A DNA stretch of 64,000 nucleotides from an uncultured Nitrospiraceae bacterium (GCA_963706325.1 CAVPLT010000007.1:544001-608000), one strand, 5' to 3'; numbered from the stretch's first letter, positions 22,860 through 33,411 are shown. The notes: generated by a model not told the origin, from the letters alone. Numbers and translations: made by a program.

Positions 22860-23611
22860 AACTTACTCGGCGAGGAGAGGGCTTTGCCGATCTCGACGAT
22901 GAGCCGACGTTCGATGTCAGCCGTTTCCTCGGCATTCACGGGTGACACCCGTCCGCCCTGAACCAACTTTTCAAAGTCCGCCTTCACGCTCAATCGGGTG
23001 ACGTTCGAGGGCAAGGCTTGAAGCGACACCACGTACTGGTTGCGGAAGCCCGACATTTCCAGCGAGGCAGGGGTGGACACCTTGCGTTCCGTCACAAAGA
23101 CCGCTTTTTGTTCGGTCTTCACGCTGACCCTTACATGGTATCCGTTCCGCGCCAGGGCCTCCTCGGCGGCTTTTCCGACGGCGGCCAATGGACGCGGCAA
23201 ATCCTCAATCTGCGAGGCCTTTTCATCAACGCGAATATTATCCGTGGCTTGGGCTGCCTTGGCAGCGGTCCGCTGGATTTCTCCCGACAACTTTTTCGAT
23301 TCGGCCATCTGGGAGTCGAGTTTCGTGCCGAGCGTCCTGGCTTCCGCCTGCAGCGCTTTCGCCTCCGCCTGGGCGTGTTCCGTCTGCTTCCTCGCGTCTC
23401 GCAGTTCCTGATTGAGCAGATCGATCTGCTGCTGCATGACCTTGTTGCCGTCTTGCAGCGAATTCATAACCGACTCCTGCTTGGCGAGTTGCTTGCGCAG
23501 GCTTTCGTTCTCCTGTCGAAACGGAGACTCGTCCGGTGCGCATCCGACACACCACGATAGTATTGCGAGGCTGAACAGGGGGGTGAGCGATCGCTGGAAG
23601 GCCTTGATCAT
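22856..23611 (-). CDS. Coiled-coil lipoprotein, hypothetical
   Basis: Lipobox-like CVGC, long coiled coil, C-terminal alpha/beta domain. Confidence 0.75.
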   Translation of the reverse strand: MIKAFQRSLTPLFSLAILSWCVGCAPDESPFRQENESLRKQLAKQESVMNSLQDGNKVMQQQIDLLNQELRDARKQTEHAQAEAKALQAEARTLGTKLDSQMAESKKLSGEIQRTAAKAAQATDNIRVDEKASQIEDLPRPLAAVGKAAEEALARNGYHVRVSVKTEQKAVFVTERKVSTPASLEMSGFRNQYVVSLQALPSNVTRLSVKADFEKLVQGGRVSPVNAEETADIERRLIVEIGKALSSPSKL

Positions 23612-23685
23612 AGTTTAGGTAACACCGCCAGAGGATTACCAGAGTTAGGCCCCCCTTGTCCATCCTGAATCGCGTGACCGACGGT

Positions 23686-23714
23686 TTGACCAGGGTGAGG
23701 CAAGCGGCTATTCT
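23686..23714 (+). promoter_or_regulatory. Sigma-70 promoter, probably for a leaderless transcript
   Basis: TTGACC-N17-TATTCT-N6-ATG(23721). Confidence 0.55.
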
Positions 23715-23720
23715 GTCGTC

Positions 23721-24380
23721 ATGTGGTTCTTGCTCGCGCGTGTCGTTGTAGTGAGTGTGGCGCTGTTTCAACCGCTGTCATACGCGATGGGCGCTGGGGA
23801 AGCGCCGGAGCAGGTTGGATCTGTGCCGGACGATGAGTATCCGTTCTACGATGTGGCGGTCGATGCGAAGTTCCTCACCTCGCAGACACGATTGATCATC
23901 CTCGAACGGATGACCACGACGCGACTTCTTCCTGACCAAGAGGCAGCGCCCACGGCAACCTGGTTCACCGAGCAGGGGTGGTTCGATAATCGATTGCCGC
24001 AGGATCTCATACGTGATTTTGTCCTCAAGAACCAACATTCGTCACGATTGAATGGGCGATTTTCCTTTGGTGTTCGTTACCGGTTTGTGTCCGGGGAGGG
24101 CGTGCCGGAGACCGAGGCGGCGCTTGCCGTCATTCCGGTCGCCTGGTCGGTCCAGGATCTGGAAGGAGACCTGGACACGGTCGACCGGCTGGCCTTCTCT
24201 CGGGTGGGGCGGACGTTGCGCGGGGACCAGGCGCTGCTGTATGTGGCGAATCCCCGTCGGGATGGAACCGGGGCTGGTTTTCTGCTGTGGCTCCAGCGCC
24301 GGCAGGCCATCTGGGAGGTGAAGGACACTGAAGTGGTCTGGGTCGCACACATCAAACAAAGCCCGGATGGAGCGCCATAA
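23721..24380 (+). CDS. Exported hypothetical protein
   Basis: Signal peptide; FSRVG...ALLYV...GAGFLLWL beta-rich C-terminus; upstream promoter. Confidence 0.7.
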   Translation: MWFLLARVVVVSVALFQPLSYAMGAGEAPEQVGSVPDDEYPFYDVAVDAKFLTSQTRLIILERMTTTRLLPDQEAAPTATWFTEQGWFDNRLPQDLIRDFVLKNQHSSRLNGRFSFGVRYRFVSGEGVPETEAALAVIPVAWSVQDLEGDLDTVDRLAFSRVGRTLRGDQALLYVANPRRDGTGAGFLLWLQRRQAIWEVKDTEVVWVAHIKQSPDGAP

Positions 24381-24435
24381 CGAGCGCGCCGCTGCGTCAT
24401 GCACGGCGCCGGGTCATTGAGTGTAAGGAGCGCTC

Positions 24436-25065
24436 GTGATTCGAAAAACGTTTTCAGTGCCGCCACTCGGCTGTAACTGTTCGATCATCGGAGACCCGGT
24501 GACCAAACAGGCGATCGTAGTGGATCCGGGCGGGGCACCGGAACGTATTCTGCAGGAGGTACGCGCGTTGGGCCTGACGGTCGTCAGCATTCTCCATACC
24601 CATGCGCACTTCGATCATTTTCTGGCCTCCGGCGCGATGAAGCAGGCGACCGGCGCGGCGCTTTGTCTGCATCCTGATGATCTTCCGCTCTGGGACCTCC
24701 TGGAGACGCAATGCCAGATGTTCGGAGTACCCTATGTGCCGGCGCCTCCCCCGGATTACTGGCTTACCGATGAGGAACGGCTGAAGATCGGCGAAATGGA
24801 CGCGGTTGCGCTGCACACACCGGGTCATACACCCGGGTCCATGTGTTTTCATTTTCCCTCGGCCAAGCTGGTGCTGGCCGGGGACACATTGTTTCGTGGC
24901 GGAATCGGCCGCACCGACTTGTGGGGCGGAGATTTTGATGCCATCGAGCAATCCATCAAAGAACGCCTCTACACACTCGATACGGAAACAGCTGTAGTGA
25001 CCGGGCATGGAGCTGAGACAGAGATCGGAAGGGAGCGCGAGACGAATTCATTTGTACGAGCCTGA
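24436..25065 (+). CDS. MBL-fold metallo-hydrolase (glyoxalase II-like)
   Basis: THAHFDH, HTPGHTPG, GDTLF..GIGRTDL, GHG; AAGGAG RBS. Confidence 0.9.
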   Translation: MIRKTFSVPPLGCNCSIIGDPVTKQAIVVDPGGAPERILQEVRALGLTVVSILHTHAHFDHFLASGAMKQATGAALCLHPDDLPLWDLLETQCQMFGVPYVPAPPPDYWLTDEERLKIGEMDAVALHTPGHTPGSMCFHFPSAKLVLAGDTLFRGGIGRTDLWGGDFDAIEQSIKERLYTLDTETAVVTGHGAETEIGRERETNSFVRA

Positions 25066-25110
25066 GCCGCCGGCTGCCTCACGGAGCTGACGCCATCATA
25101 GGAGGACACC

Positions 25111-25617
25111 ATGAGCGCGATGACACGGCGGTGGTTGGCTGTTCCGCTCCTCTCATTACTGGTGGCACTACCTGCGTCGGCTCTAGGCGAAGACAGTGAA
25201 AATGCCCCCCTCGTGACGATAGGGGACGTGCGAGTCCGGCTTTCCGATCATGGCCCGGTGGTGTTGCTTTCGGCGGAAGGCAAAACGATCCCTATCTTTG
25301 TCGACCACACGGTGGCAGCCTCGATTCAGGGGGCCCTGACCGGCGAGAAGTTGCCCCGCCCTCTGTCGCATGACCTCATGCATACCATTATCGAGACACT
25401 CGGCGGCCGTGTGACTAAGACGGTCATTACGCTCAAGGCGGGAACCTATTACGGCAGTTTGACGATTGCGTTCCAGGGGCAGGAAAAAGTTTTCGATAGC
25501 CGATCCTCAGACTCCATCGCGTTGGCCATTCATTTCAAGGCGTCCATTCTTGTGGACCGGGCGGTGCTGAACGCCGCAGGCATGCCGATTCCAGATTCCA
25601 AACCGCAAACTCTGTAA
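25111..25617 (+). CDS. Bifunctional nuclease (DUF151/BFN) family protein with N-terminal signal peptide
   Basis: PIFV, RPLSHDL, DSRSSDSIALA; AGGAGG RBS. Confidence 0.82.
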   Translation: MSAMTRRWLAVPLLSLLVALPASALGEDSENAPLVTIGDVRVRLSDHGPVVLLSAEGKTIPIFVDHTVAASIQGALTGEKLPRPLSHDLMHTIIETLGGRVTKTVITLKAGTYYGSLTIAFQGQEKVFDSRSSDSIALAIHFKASILVDRAVLNAAGMPIPDSKPQTL

Positions 25618-25769
25618 GCGGGTTTCTGAGCGGTTTAACCCTGCTGTGATGCTTGCCGGCGGTTTCTTGCGAGGAAGCGGTGAATTCTGGCGTTTTGTAG
25701 GATTTTGACCTATCGTACGCATGAGACGCGGTAAGGCATGGTCGGGCGTACGGAGAGTAATGTCACGGC

Positions 25770-26093
25770 ATGAAGAATAAACGAAAACACGAGCGGGTCC
25801 GCGTTCAGTTCCGCAGTCATTTTTCGATGAAGGGCAAGATGCTGGCCGGGGACGGTGATTTGACCGATTTGTCTCCAGGCGGCTGTCGTATTCTCAGCTC
25901 GGTCTCAGTCTTACCTGGAGCTGAAGTAGAACTGTGCATCTTTCCTGGCGATGACGCGAACCCCATTATGATTGATGGCGCCACCGTGCGCTGGTGCCAA
26001 CCGAATGCCTTCGGCTTATCCTTCACGAAGATTCGCGGCCCGGTCCAGCGTCAGCTTACTGACGTGTGGCGCAAGCTCGCGACCCCTGTCTGA
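25770..26093 (+). CDS. PilZ domain protein
   Basis: RKHERV (RxxxR) and DLSPGG (D/NxSxxG) c-di-GMP motifs. Confidence 0.88.
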   Translation: MKNKRKHERVRVQFRSHFSMKGKMLAGDGDLTDLSPGGCRILSSVSVLPGAEVELCIFPGDDANPIMIDGATVRWCQPNAFGLSFTKIRGPVQRQLTDVWRKLATPV

Positions 26094-26282
26094 CCTCTTT
26101 CCCTGACATGACTGTGATGCTGCCTCTTGCCGCCTGCGTCCGCTGTCTTGTCGCTCAAGATGGCATAGGTCTGTAGCGCGTAAATTCCTGTCTGCAGGAT
26201 CATGAATAGAGCGGACCGCTGAAGATTGTGAAGCGGCGTGTGAATTACAGCGCTGGCTGACTCACGATGTGCAACACTGGGG

Positions 26283-27272
26283 CTATATCTTCATCGCGTC
26301 GCGGACTTCGGCCATGGTGCCGGCCGCAACAGCGCTGGCTCGGCGGCGGCCATCTTCGACGATATCGTTCAGATGCGCGGGGTTCTGGGTCAGCGTGGCG
26401 CGGGCGTCCCACATGGGCGAGAGGCGTTCGACCACTCGGTCGGCTACCAACTTTTTGCAGTCGATACAGCCGATGGCAGCCGTGCGACAGTCTCGATTGA
26501 CTTGTTCGATGACCGGCAGCGGCGAAAATATCTTGTGAAAATCATAGACGGGGCACACGTCTGGATTACCCGGGTCGGTGCGGCGCACGCGGGCCGGATC
26601 GGTGATCATGGTCTTGAGCTTCTGCCGCACGACCGGTTCTGTATCGGACAGATTGATGGCATTGCCGTAACTCTTGCTCATTTTGCGTCCGTCCGTGCCC
26701 AGGACTTTAGGGAACTTGGTGAGAAGTTCCTGTGGGTCTGGAAAGACGGAGCGATAGAGGTTGTTGAATCGGCGCGCGAGTTCGCGGGTGAGCTCGAGAT
26801 GGGGGAGTTGGTCTTTGCCGACCGGCACGGAATCGGGCTTATAGAGGAGAATGTCCGCGGCCTGCAGGACAGGGTATCCGAGAAAGCCATAGGTGCTGAG
26901 GTCGCGTTCCTTGATCTCCGCCTGCTTTTCCTTATACGTCGGGTTGCGCTCCAGCCACGATACCGGAATAATCATCGAGAACAGCAAATGCAGGATAGCG
27001 TGGTCCGGCACTTGCGACTGGACGAACACCGTGGCGCGCTTCGGGTCGATGCCGGCTGCAAGCCAGTCGATGAGCAATTCCCGCACAAACTCCCGGATCC
27101 GACTGGTGTCGGCGTAATTGGAAGACAGCGCGTGCCAATCGGCTACGAAGAAGAAACACTCGTATTCTTCCTGCAGCTCGTTCCAATTTTCCAGCGCACC
27201 TAGCCAGTTGCCAAGATGCAGCAGGCCACTCGGCTGCATTCCGCTGAGAACCCGCTTTCGACCCGTCGTCAT
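26283..27272 (-). CDS. trpS: Tryptophan--tRNA ligase
   Basis: SGMQPSG.LHLGN (HIGH), YPVLQAADIL, VPVGKDQ, KMSKS. Confidence 0.97.
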   Translation of the reverse strand: MTTGRKRVLSGMQPSGLLHLGNWLGALENWNELQEEYECFFFVADWHALSSNYADTSRIREFVRELLIDWLAAGIDPKRATVFVQSQVPDHAILHLLFSMIIPVSWLERNPTYKEKQAEIKERDLSTYGFLGYPVLQAADILLYKPDSVPVGKDQLPHLELTRELARRFNNLYRSVFPDPQELLTKFPKVLGTDGRKMSKSYGNAINLSDTEPVVRQKLKTMITDPARVRRTDPGNPDVCPVYDFHKIFSPLPVIEQVNRDCRTAAIGCIDCKKLVADRVVERLSPMWDARATLTQNPAHLNDIVEDGRRRASAVAAGTMAEVRDAMKI

Positions 27273-27366
27273 GCAGTCACTCCTGTTTCCTGAAGATGGC
27301 CATCCAGCGGGCTGTCGTGAGTCGATATTCCTTTGACCGCTACCAATCGCGTGTCTGAGTTGTGTG

Positions 27367-29364
27367 CTATTGGTCCAGCCAGACGAATTTGCCTTGCTTG
27401 ACTTGAATGAGGAACACTCGGCGATTCAGGGTGCCGTCAGGGTTGAATCCGCTGGGGCCGCTCAACGCCGGGAGATCATGCTGCATCATTAAATAGTCGC
27501 GGATGGCCTCGCCGGTGGTCGCGCCACGCTTGATCGCTTCCACTACCAGTCTCGCGGCGTCATACCCTTGCGCGGCGAACAGCGAAGGCGTGGCTTGAAA
27601 TCGTTTGCGATACCGCTCCACGAACTCCTGCACCACCGGACTGGAGCTGTCGGCAAAAAACCCGTCGACAAAGACGCTGCCCTCAATGCTGCGGTCGGCG
27701 ACGCGCGCGAAGTCTGGCGTGTTCCACCCATTGGCGCCAAGGAGGGGAACGGCGATATCGTGGAAGGTGAGCTGAGCCGCGAGAAGGCCCACATCCAGCG
27801 AGCGCCCGGGGATGAATACCGCGTCGAATCCCGGTGAATAGAGGATACGCTTGGTCTTCTTGCCCCCCTTTTGCGGAGCGGGTTTTGCCGGATCATTCGC
27901 AATCGGCACTTCGAGGCCGTATTTCTTCAGATCCTCAGCCTTCACCTTGGCGATCACGGCGCGGAAGTCTGTATCGCCCTCCTTGTAGGCTTCGGTGGCG
28001 ATGATCTCTCCCTCCTCCTGGCGGATTTCTTGCGTGAAGAGGCGTGTCAGCTCGCGGCCGTAGGCTGTATCGGGATAGAGAATCACCAGTCGCTTGTACT
28101 GTTGATCACGGACCGCATAATCCGCCACACGCCTGGCCTGCTGCCCGTATGTCAGGGCCGTACTGAAGACGTAATTGCCGAGTCGTCGAGGGTTCGTCAC
28201 GGTTGCGCTGGGCGTGATGAGCGGGATATGCGTTCGTTCAGCCAGCTCAGCCATGACCGGGAGATTTTTCGACAGTAATGGACCGATGACCGCAAGGGGG
28301 CGATCGTCAGTCAACAAGGTAGAAAGTTCGTCCAGAAAAGCCGCGCGTTCGGATTCCATGTCCTTGACGATGAGGCCCACCGATGGGGCACCCTCTCCGT
28401 CTTTCGAGCGCTCCAATGCGAGTTGAATTCCGTTCAGCACCTCGGTACCAAATGGCGCCAGCTTGCCGGACATGGGAAAAATGGCGGCGATGGAGTAGGG
28501 GTGGGACTTAAACTTCGTCCGCATCACCGCTTGTAAATCGGCGGCTTTGCCGGCATACGAGTGGTAGGGGAAGCGGCTTAAGAACAATCGCAGGTCCCGC
28601 TCGACGAGATGGTCCTCGCCGGCGGCGTGGTGGAGTTCGATCAGCTTGATAGAGGCTAAATCTCCCGGGAACGTTTTCGGGTAGGCTTCACGCACTCGGG
28701 TAAGAGCCGGAATATCCAGCTTTTCATTAACTAGTTCTCGAATCTGGGCCTCCGTTTCGCGCGCCTGTTCCCCGCTGTCCAAAGGGAGCTCGTCTAGCCA
28801 CGCTTGAATGGCTCGGGTAAAATCTTTCTTCTGAGCCTGGAATTCTCCCGTCAGCCGCAGGGCCTCCCGTTTGGTATTGGGATCGGCGGAGAGGCTGCGG
28901 ATTTCGGAAAGCAGGGGGAGCGCTAAATCGAGGTTACCGGCCCGGGCGTGGGTTCTGGCGAGAAGAAGTTTGGCTCGATCGACCAGTTCCGACGTGGGAA
29001 ACTCTGCGATCAGCTGATTAATGTAACGGATGGTCTCCGCCTGCTCCTTCATCCCGAACATGGCGGCGGCCATCAAGAGATAGCCATCATCCAGGAGGTC
29101 CGGCGGCGGGCCGCCTTCAATGAATCGTCGCAGCATGACCGCCGCCGCTTCAGGTTGCTCGGCGTCGATCAGCCGTTTAGCTTGATCGAGCGCGGCCTGG
29201 CCGGCGCTGGTGGGCGATTTGGTCTGACCGGAACGGGGCGCTGGTGGAGCGTTGGGTGCCGGAGCTGCATCGCCGGATGTGACGAGGCCCGCAAGGCACG
29301 CCACCGTCAGGGCGACCACGCACGCACGGAGCTGCGAGGCTCGGGATGCTGATCGAAAAACCAT
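27367..29364 (-). CDS. Penicillin-binding protein activator LpoA-like (TPR + periplasmic binding fold)
   Basis: Signal peptide, TPR helices, PMSGKLAPFG..V.NGIQLA, IGPLLS, AAQGYDA type-1 PBP domain. Confidence 0.75.
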   Translation of the reverse strand: MVFRSASRASQLRACVVALTVACLAGLVTSGDAAPAPNAPPAPRSGQTKSPTSAGQAALDQAKRLIDAEQPEAAAVMLRRFIEGGPPPDLLDDGYLLMAAAMFGMKEQAETIRYINQLIAEFPTSELVDRAKLLLARTHARAGNLDLALPLLSEIRSLSADPNTKREALRLTGEFQAQKKDFTRAIQAWLDELPLDSGEQARETEAQIRELVNEKLDIPALTRVREAYPKTFPGDLASIKLIELHHAAGEDHLVERDLRLFLSRFPYHSYAGKAADLQAVMRTKFKSHPYSIAAIFPMSGKLAPFGTEVLNGIQLALERSKDGEGAPSVGLIVKDMESERAAFLDELSTLLTDDRPLAVIGPLLSKNLPVMAELAERTHIPLITPSATVTNPRRLGNYVFSTALTYGQQARRVADYAVRDQQYKRLVILYPDTAYGRELTRLFTQEIRQEEGEIIATEAYKEGDTDFRAVIAKVKAEDLKKYGLEVPIANDPAKPAPQKGGKKTKRILYSPGFDAVFIPGRSLDVGLLAAQLTFHDIAVPLLGANGWNTPDFARVADRSIEGSVFVDGFFADSSSPVVQEFVERYRKRFQATPSLFAAQGYDAARLVVEAIKRGATTGEAIRDYLMMQHDLPALSGPSGFNPDGTLNRRVFLIQVKQGKFVWLDQ

Positions 29365-29406
29365 TAACTCCTGGGCATGGCGGACAGTGTCGCCGCGATT
29401 GAGGCT

Positions 29407-29435
29407 ACTATAGGAAACAGGTTCAGGGGTGTCAA
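29407..29435 (-). promoter_or_regulatory. Sigma-70 promoter for the LpoA-like gene and trpS
   Basis: Minus strand TTGACA-N17-TATAGT. Confidence 0.7.
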
Positions 29436-29523
29436 GGTAAGTCGAGGATGCGTTGTGTTCGAACAGGGGCTTGGTTATAGTCGCATCCGCATGCCATGGC
29501 CGCCACCGGTGAGTATCTTGACG

Positions 29524-30543
29524 ATGAACCGTGATCCCAAGAAGTGTACGTCACTCGCGTCGGATCCGCTTCCGTTGGGGGAATTTATCGAACGATACTG
29601 GGACCATTTGCGGATTGCTCGCGGGTTGTCGCGCAACACGGTGCTGGCGTATCGGCGAGATATCGGCACCTTTCAGCGGTATCTTCGCGATCATGATGTG
29701 CAGGATGCGTGCGCAGTGACACCGCCGCTCCTCTCCGGATTTTTAGAGCACTTGCATCGATCCGGATTGGCCTCTTCGTCCCGCGCCCGATCGCTGGCAG
29801 CGGTTCGAAGCCTGTTCCGCTTCCTGAAGCAGGAGGGAAAGGTCACGGCGAATCCGACGGTGAGCTTACGCAGCACTTCGCGCGCGCGACGGCTGCCTAA
29901 AACCCTCAGCATGGAAGATGTGACGCGTCTCTTAGAGGTGCCGCTTCGTCCGACGCCGGAGGACAGCCGCGATCGCGCGATGGTAGAACTGCTCTATGCG
30001 GCGGGTTTGCGGGTATCCGAATTGATCTCCCTTCGAATCGATCAGTGCAATCTTGAAGTCGGATATGTCGGCATCACGGGCAAAGGGGACAAACAGCGGG
30101 TCGTCCCAATCGGCCGTCCTGCAGTCAAGCTCATGCAAGAGTATGTATTGAGTGCACGACAGGTCCTCTTGAAGCAACGCGGTTCACCATTCGTTTTTGT
30201 GACACGCCGCGGCGCACCGATCACCCGACAGGGATTCTGGAAACTGCTCCGCGCCCGCGGCCAACGAGCTGGAATCGCCAGAATTCCTTCGCCGCACATG
30301 CTGCGCCATTCATTTGCCACGCATCTGTTGCAAGGGGGCGCGGATTTGCGATCCGTCCAAGCGATGTTGGGACATGTGGACATTGCGACGACACAAATTT
30401 ATACGCATGTGGATTCATCGCAGTTGAAAAAAGTCCACACTGCGTGTTTTCCACGCAACAAGTCCCGTTCCGTGAGCGACGATCGTGCTGCCCGCTCATT
30501 CATCGACGTAGACTCTCGCCTCCGGTACACGATTCTGTGTTGA
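29524..30543 (+). CDS. xerD: Site-specific tyrosine recombinase XerD
   Basis: LSRNTVLAYRRD, LPKTLS, LYAAGLRVSEL, GKGDKQRVVP, TRQGFW, PHMLRHSFATHLL, LGHVDIATTQIYTHV; start uncertain (29491 or 29524). Confidence 0.9.
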   Translation: MNRDPKKCTSLASDPLPLGEFIERYWDHLRIARGLSRNTVLAYRRDIGTFQRYLRDHDVQDACAVTPPLLSGFLEHLHRSGLASSSRARSLAAVRSLFRFLKQEGKVTANPTVSLRSTSRARRLPKTLSMEDVTRLLEVPLRPTPEDSRDRAMVELLYAAGLRVSELISLRIDQCNLEVGYVGITGKGDKQRVVPIGRPAVKLMQEYVLSARQVLLKQRGSPFVFVTRRGAPITRQGFWKLLRARGQRAGIARIPSPHMLRHSFATHLLQGGADLRSVQAMLGHVDIATTQIYTHVDSSQLKKVHTACFPRNKSRSVSDDRAARSFIDVDSRLRYTILC

Positions 30544-30568
30544 CAGTGCTTTATGGAGTTGATAGCAT
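30540..30568 (+). promoter_or_regulatory. Sigma-70 promoter for the tRNA pair
   Basis: TTGACA-N17-TAGCAT overlapping the xerD stop. Confidence 0.65.
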
Positions 30569-30598
30569 CCCAAAAATCTGCCGGGATCCAGAAAAAAC

Positions 30599-30674
30599 GG
30601 GCGGATAGCTCAATTGGGAGAGCGCTGCCCTTACAAGGCAGAGGTCACAGGTTCGATCCCTGTTCCGCCTACCA
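30599..30674 (+). tRNA. tRNA-Val (TAC)
   Basis: GGGCGGA/TCCGCCT acceptor stem, CTGCC-CTTACAA-GGCAG anticodon arm, GTTCGA T-loop, CCA end. Confidence 0.96.
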
Positions 30675-30808
30675 ATAAGAAATACGGGGAATTGGCTGCA
30701 AGGCATTGCCTTATCCATTAGTAGTGATGTACAAGTGAGCACTCTACCGTATCTTAGCCAGTTAGATTCTTGAGATCTCGGAATCTTCTTCCGCCATCTT
30801 GGTTGTGT

Positions 30809-30886
30809 GGGGCCGTCGTTCAGCCTGGTTAGGACGCCAGATTGTCAATCTGGAGGTCGCGGGTTCAAATCCCGTCGGCCCCGCCA
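30809..30886 (+). tRNA. tRNA-Asp (GTC)
   Basis: GGGGCCG/CGGCCCC acceptor stem, CCAGA-TTGTCAA-TCTGG anticodon arm, GTTCAA T-loop, CCA end. Confidence 0.96.
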
Positions 30887-30958
30887 TTCCCCCAGCCTTG
30901 GTACATTCCATGCTATCCGTTCTCAGGTCTATGCCTGTGAAGGGAAAGGTCTAGGCGC

Positions 30959-31681
30959 ATGTTCCAATCAGGCGTGTCGGGGTTAGTGCGGATCGTTGGG
31001 GGCCGTGTCGAAAATCGTGCTGCTGCTCCTCTTTGCCGCCTCGATCATTTCGTGGGGCGTGATCTTCTATAAATGGCGCAGTGTTCAAGGCAGCCGATCG
31101 CGAGGATCAACGGTTCTTCAGCGCCTTTACGAAGATCCGCGATCTGGATGAATTGTACCGTCAATCGAAACGCGCCGAAGGCAGTCCGAGCGCGCGGTCT
31201 TTCAGGGCATCATGGATCGTGTCTTGACGGATTCCGGGAGACGGGGCGATGACCTTTCCTCAGCAAGCGGGGGCATCGAAGGATCAGGCGTCGGCCATCG
31301 ATCATCAATATATGGATAAGACCGTCGCCTATCTGGTGCAGAACCAAGGTCGCCAGTTGGAGTCCTATTTGCCCGTGCTCGCGACCACAGGAAATATCAC
31401 TCCGTTTATCGGTTTGCTCGGCACCGTGCTGGGCATTATCGATTCATTCCGCGAAATCGGTTGCAAGGAACGGCCAGTATTGCAGCAGTGGCCCCGGCGT
31501 GTCGGAGGCGTTAGTGGCGACGGCTGCCGGATTGTTTACCGCCATTCCGGCCGTTATCTTTTACAATTATTATCTGACGCGTATTCGTAAGACTGTGTTT
31601 CGGATCGAATCCTTCACGGTCGAGGCGATGCGCTCGTTGCAGACTCGATTCAAGCAGACAGCGGTCGGGGTGCAGGGATGA
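30959..31681 (+). pseudogene. tolQ: TolQ (MotA/TolQ/ExbB family), multiple frameshifts, probably sequencing errors
   Basis: Fragments in different frames: KIVLLLLFAASIISWGVI, LATTGNITPFIGLLGTVLGIIDSF, EALVATAAGLFTAIPAVIFYN. Confidence 0.85.
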
Positions 31682-32134
31682 TGTCGGAGACGCGCCATCG
31701 GCGGTTCATGGCGGAGATCAATGTGATCCCGTCTGGTGGACGTCGTATTGGTGCTGTTCGTCATTTTTATGGTGACCGCCCCGATGCTGTATCGCGGGAT
31801 GGACATCAATCTTCCGAAATCCGCCAGCAATACGATCAAGCCGGAAACGAGAGCGGTCTTGTCCATTGAGCGCGATCAGCGATTGTATTTGGATAAGGAT
31901 CCCGTCAGCGTCGTGCAGTTGGAGCGGAAGCTTCGGGCATTGAAAGGATCAGAGCGCCGAGGTGTCGACTCTATCCTGCGCGCGGACCGGGATGTGCCGT
32001 ACGGCATCGTGGTGCAGGTCATGGACAGTGTCAAGAAAGCCGGGATTGAAAAGCTCGGTATGGTGACGGAACCGACGGGTGCCGAGCGCGTGAGTGAGTC
32101 GGTCACGACCCCCGCGCAACCACGCAAAAAGTAG
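31678..32134 (+). pseudogene. tolR: TolR/ExbD family, frameshifted
   Basis: AEINVIP then an extra base before LVDVVLVLFVIFMVTAPM; LRADRDVPYG.VVQVMD. Confidence 0.85.
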
Positions 32135-32175
32135 CGGCGATGCGGCTCGCTCGCCGCACGGTCATATCGCAAGTC

Positions 32176-33411
32176 ATGACGTTCCAAGCCCTGCCAAGAC
32201 ATAATTCGCTGTTCCTGATCGGGAATCTGGTTGAAGCGGGGAGCGGCCGTCTTCGTAAGACGGTCGTCATATCTCTGCTCCTGCATCTCTGTTTCCTGGC
32301 CGTGATTATGGGTGCGAAGTTATTCAAAAAAACCGAACGTCCGATGTCGGCGGTGGAAGTGTCCCTGGTGAGTTTGCCCTCCATAGATACGAAGCCGGAG
32401 CCAAAGGTTGAGAAAGTTGAGAAGGTGGTTCCGAGGCCGACACCCAAGCCAGTCCAATCGGCTCCAATTCCCGTACCTCCTAAGCCGGTGCAGGCGCCGC
32501 CACCTCCACCGGTTCAGGCTGCTCCCACCGTGCGGCCCGTACCCCCTTCTCCCGCTCCTGTGCCGGCGCTTCGCTTGCCCGCTCCAACCTTGACTGCCCC
32601 TCAGCCTATTCCCCAGGCGGCGAAGTCGCCCTCTTCTGCGCCTGTCACGAATCGCGCGGATGTCCTTCGGGATGTGATGAAGGATATCGAGTTGCCGCCG
32701 GATGCTCCGCAATACGGTGACCTCGCACCTATGAAGCCTGCCGAGGTGAAACGATCTGCCCAGCCGAGACCGGAACGTACGCCAGAGCGGTCGGACTTCG
32801 ATGCCATGCTAAAAAGACTCAAAGTTCCTGACATGGCCGCTGCGCCGGTGCCCGTCGAAGCCCCTCCAGTCGCTCCGAAACCGACCGTAGTTCCGCCGAA
32901 ACACCCGTCGTTGTCGGAAGAAATGAACAGCGATCTCGACCGGGAACTGCAAGACTTGAAAAAGTTCCAAACGCTTCCTCCGGTGAAATATTCGGAGCCG
33001 GCGCGGGAAGTGAAACCGATGTTTCACGAGCCCCAGCCCACCGCGAGCCCGCCTTCGATACGGCGAGCATCGCCACGGCCAAAGCCCGACGACCACGTTA
33101 AAAGTTGATCGGAATGTTCCGGATCGAACCCGTATTGGGGCCGTGTGCAGGCGCGGATCGCGAGTTTCTGGAAACGCTCCGCCGGTGGAGATTCCGGAGA
33201 AAGCTGTACGTAGTGATCAAGTTTCGTTTGGAGCGGGATGGCAACAGTGGGTAGTATGCTTATTGAACAACGTCCGGGCAATGAGTATTACGACTGGCCG
33301 CCAAACGAGCCATACAGAGTGCGGTTCCACTGCCTCCCTTTCCTCCGGATCTGACTGATCACTTTTATGACGCTTATTTTACTTTTGTCTGTAGGTGAGG
33401 CAGCAGGATGA
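32176..33411 (+). pseudogene. tolA: TolA/TonB-like energy transducer, frameshifted in the C-terminal domain
   Basis: SLLLH transmembrane motif, Pro-rich linker; C-terminal fragments PYWGRVQARI, KFRLERDG, SAVPLPPFP in shifting frames; TGA overlaps the tolB ATG. Confidence 0.75.

Noticed and set aside
29377..29523. Long N-terminal extension of XerD given by the ORF track
   Set aside because: It overlaps the divergent sigma-70 promoter at 29407-29435; the real start is probably 29491 or 29524.
29524..30886. Tyrosine recombinase next to two tRNA genes as a prophage or island integrase
   Set aside because: The motifs are those of housekeeping XerD (LPKTLS, TRQGFW, HSFATHLL). I saw no duplicated tRNA 3' end and no phage or cargo genes, and the flanks are core genes.
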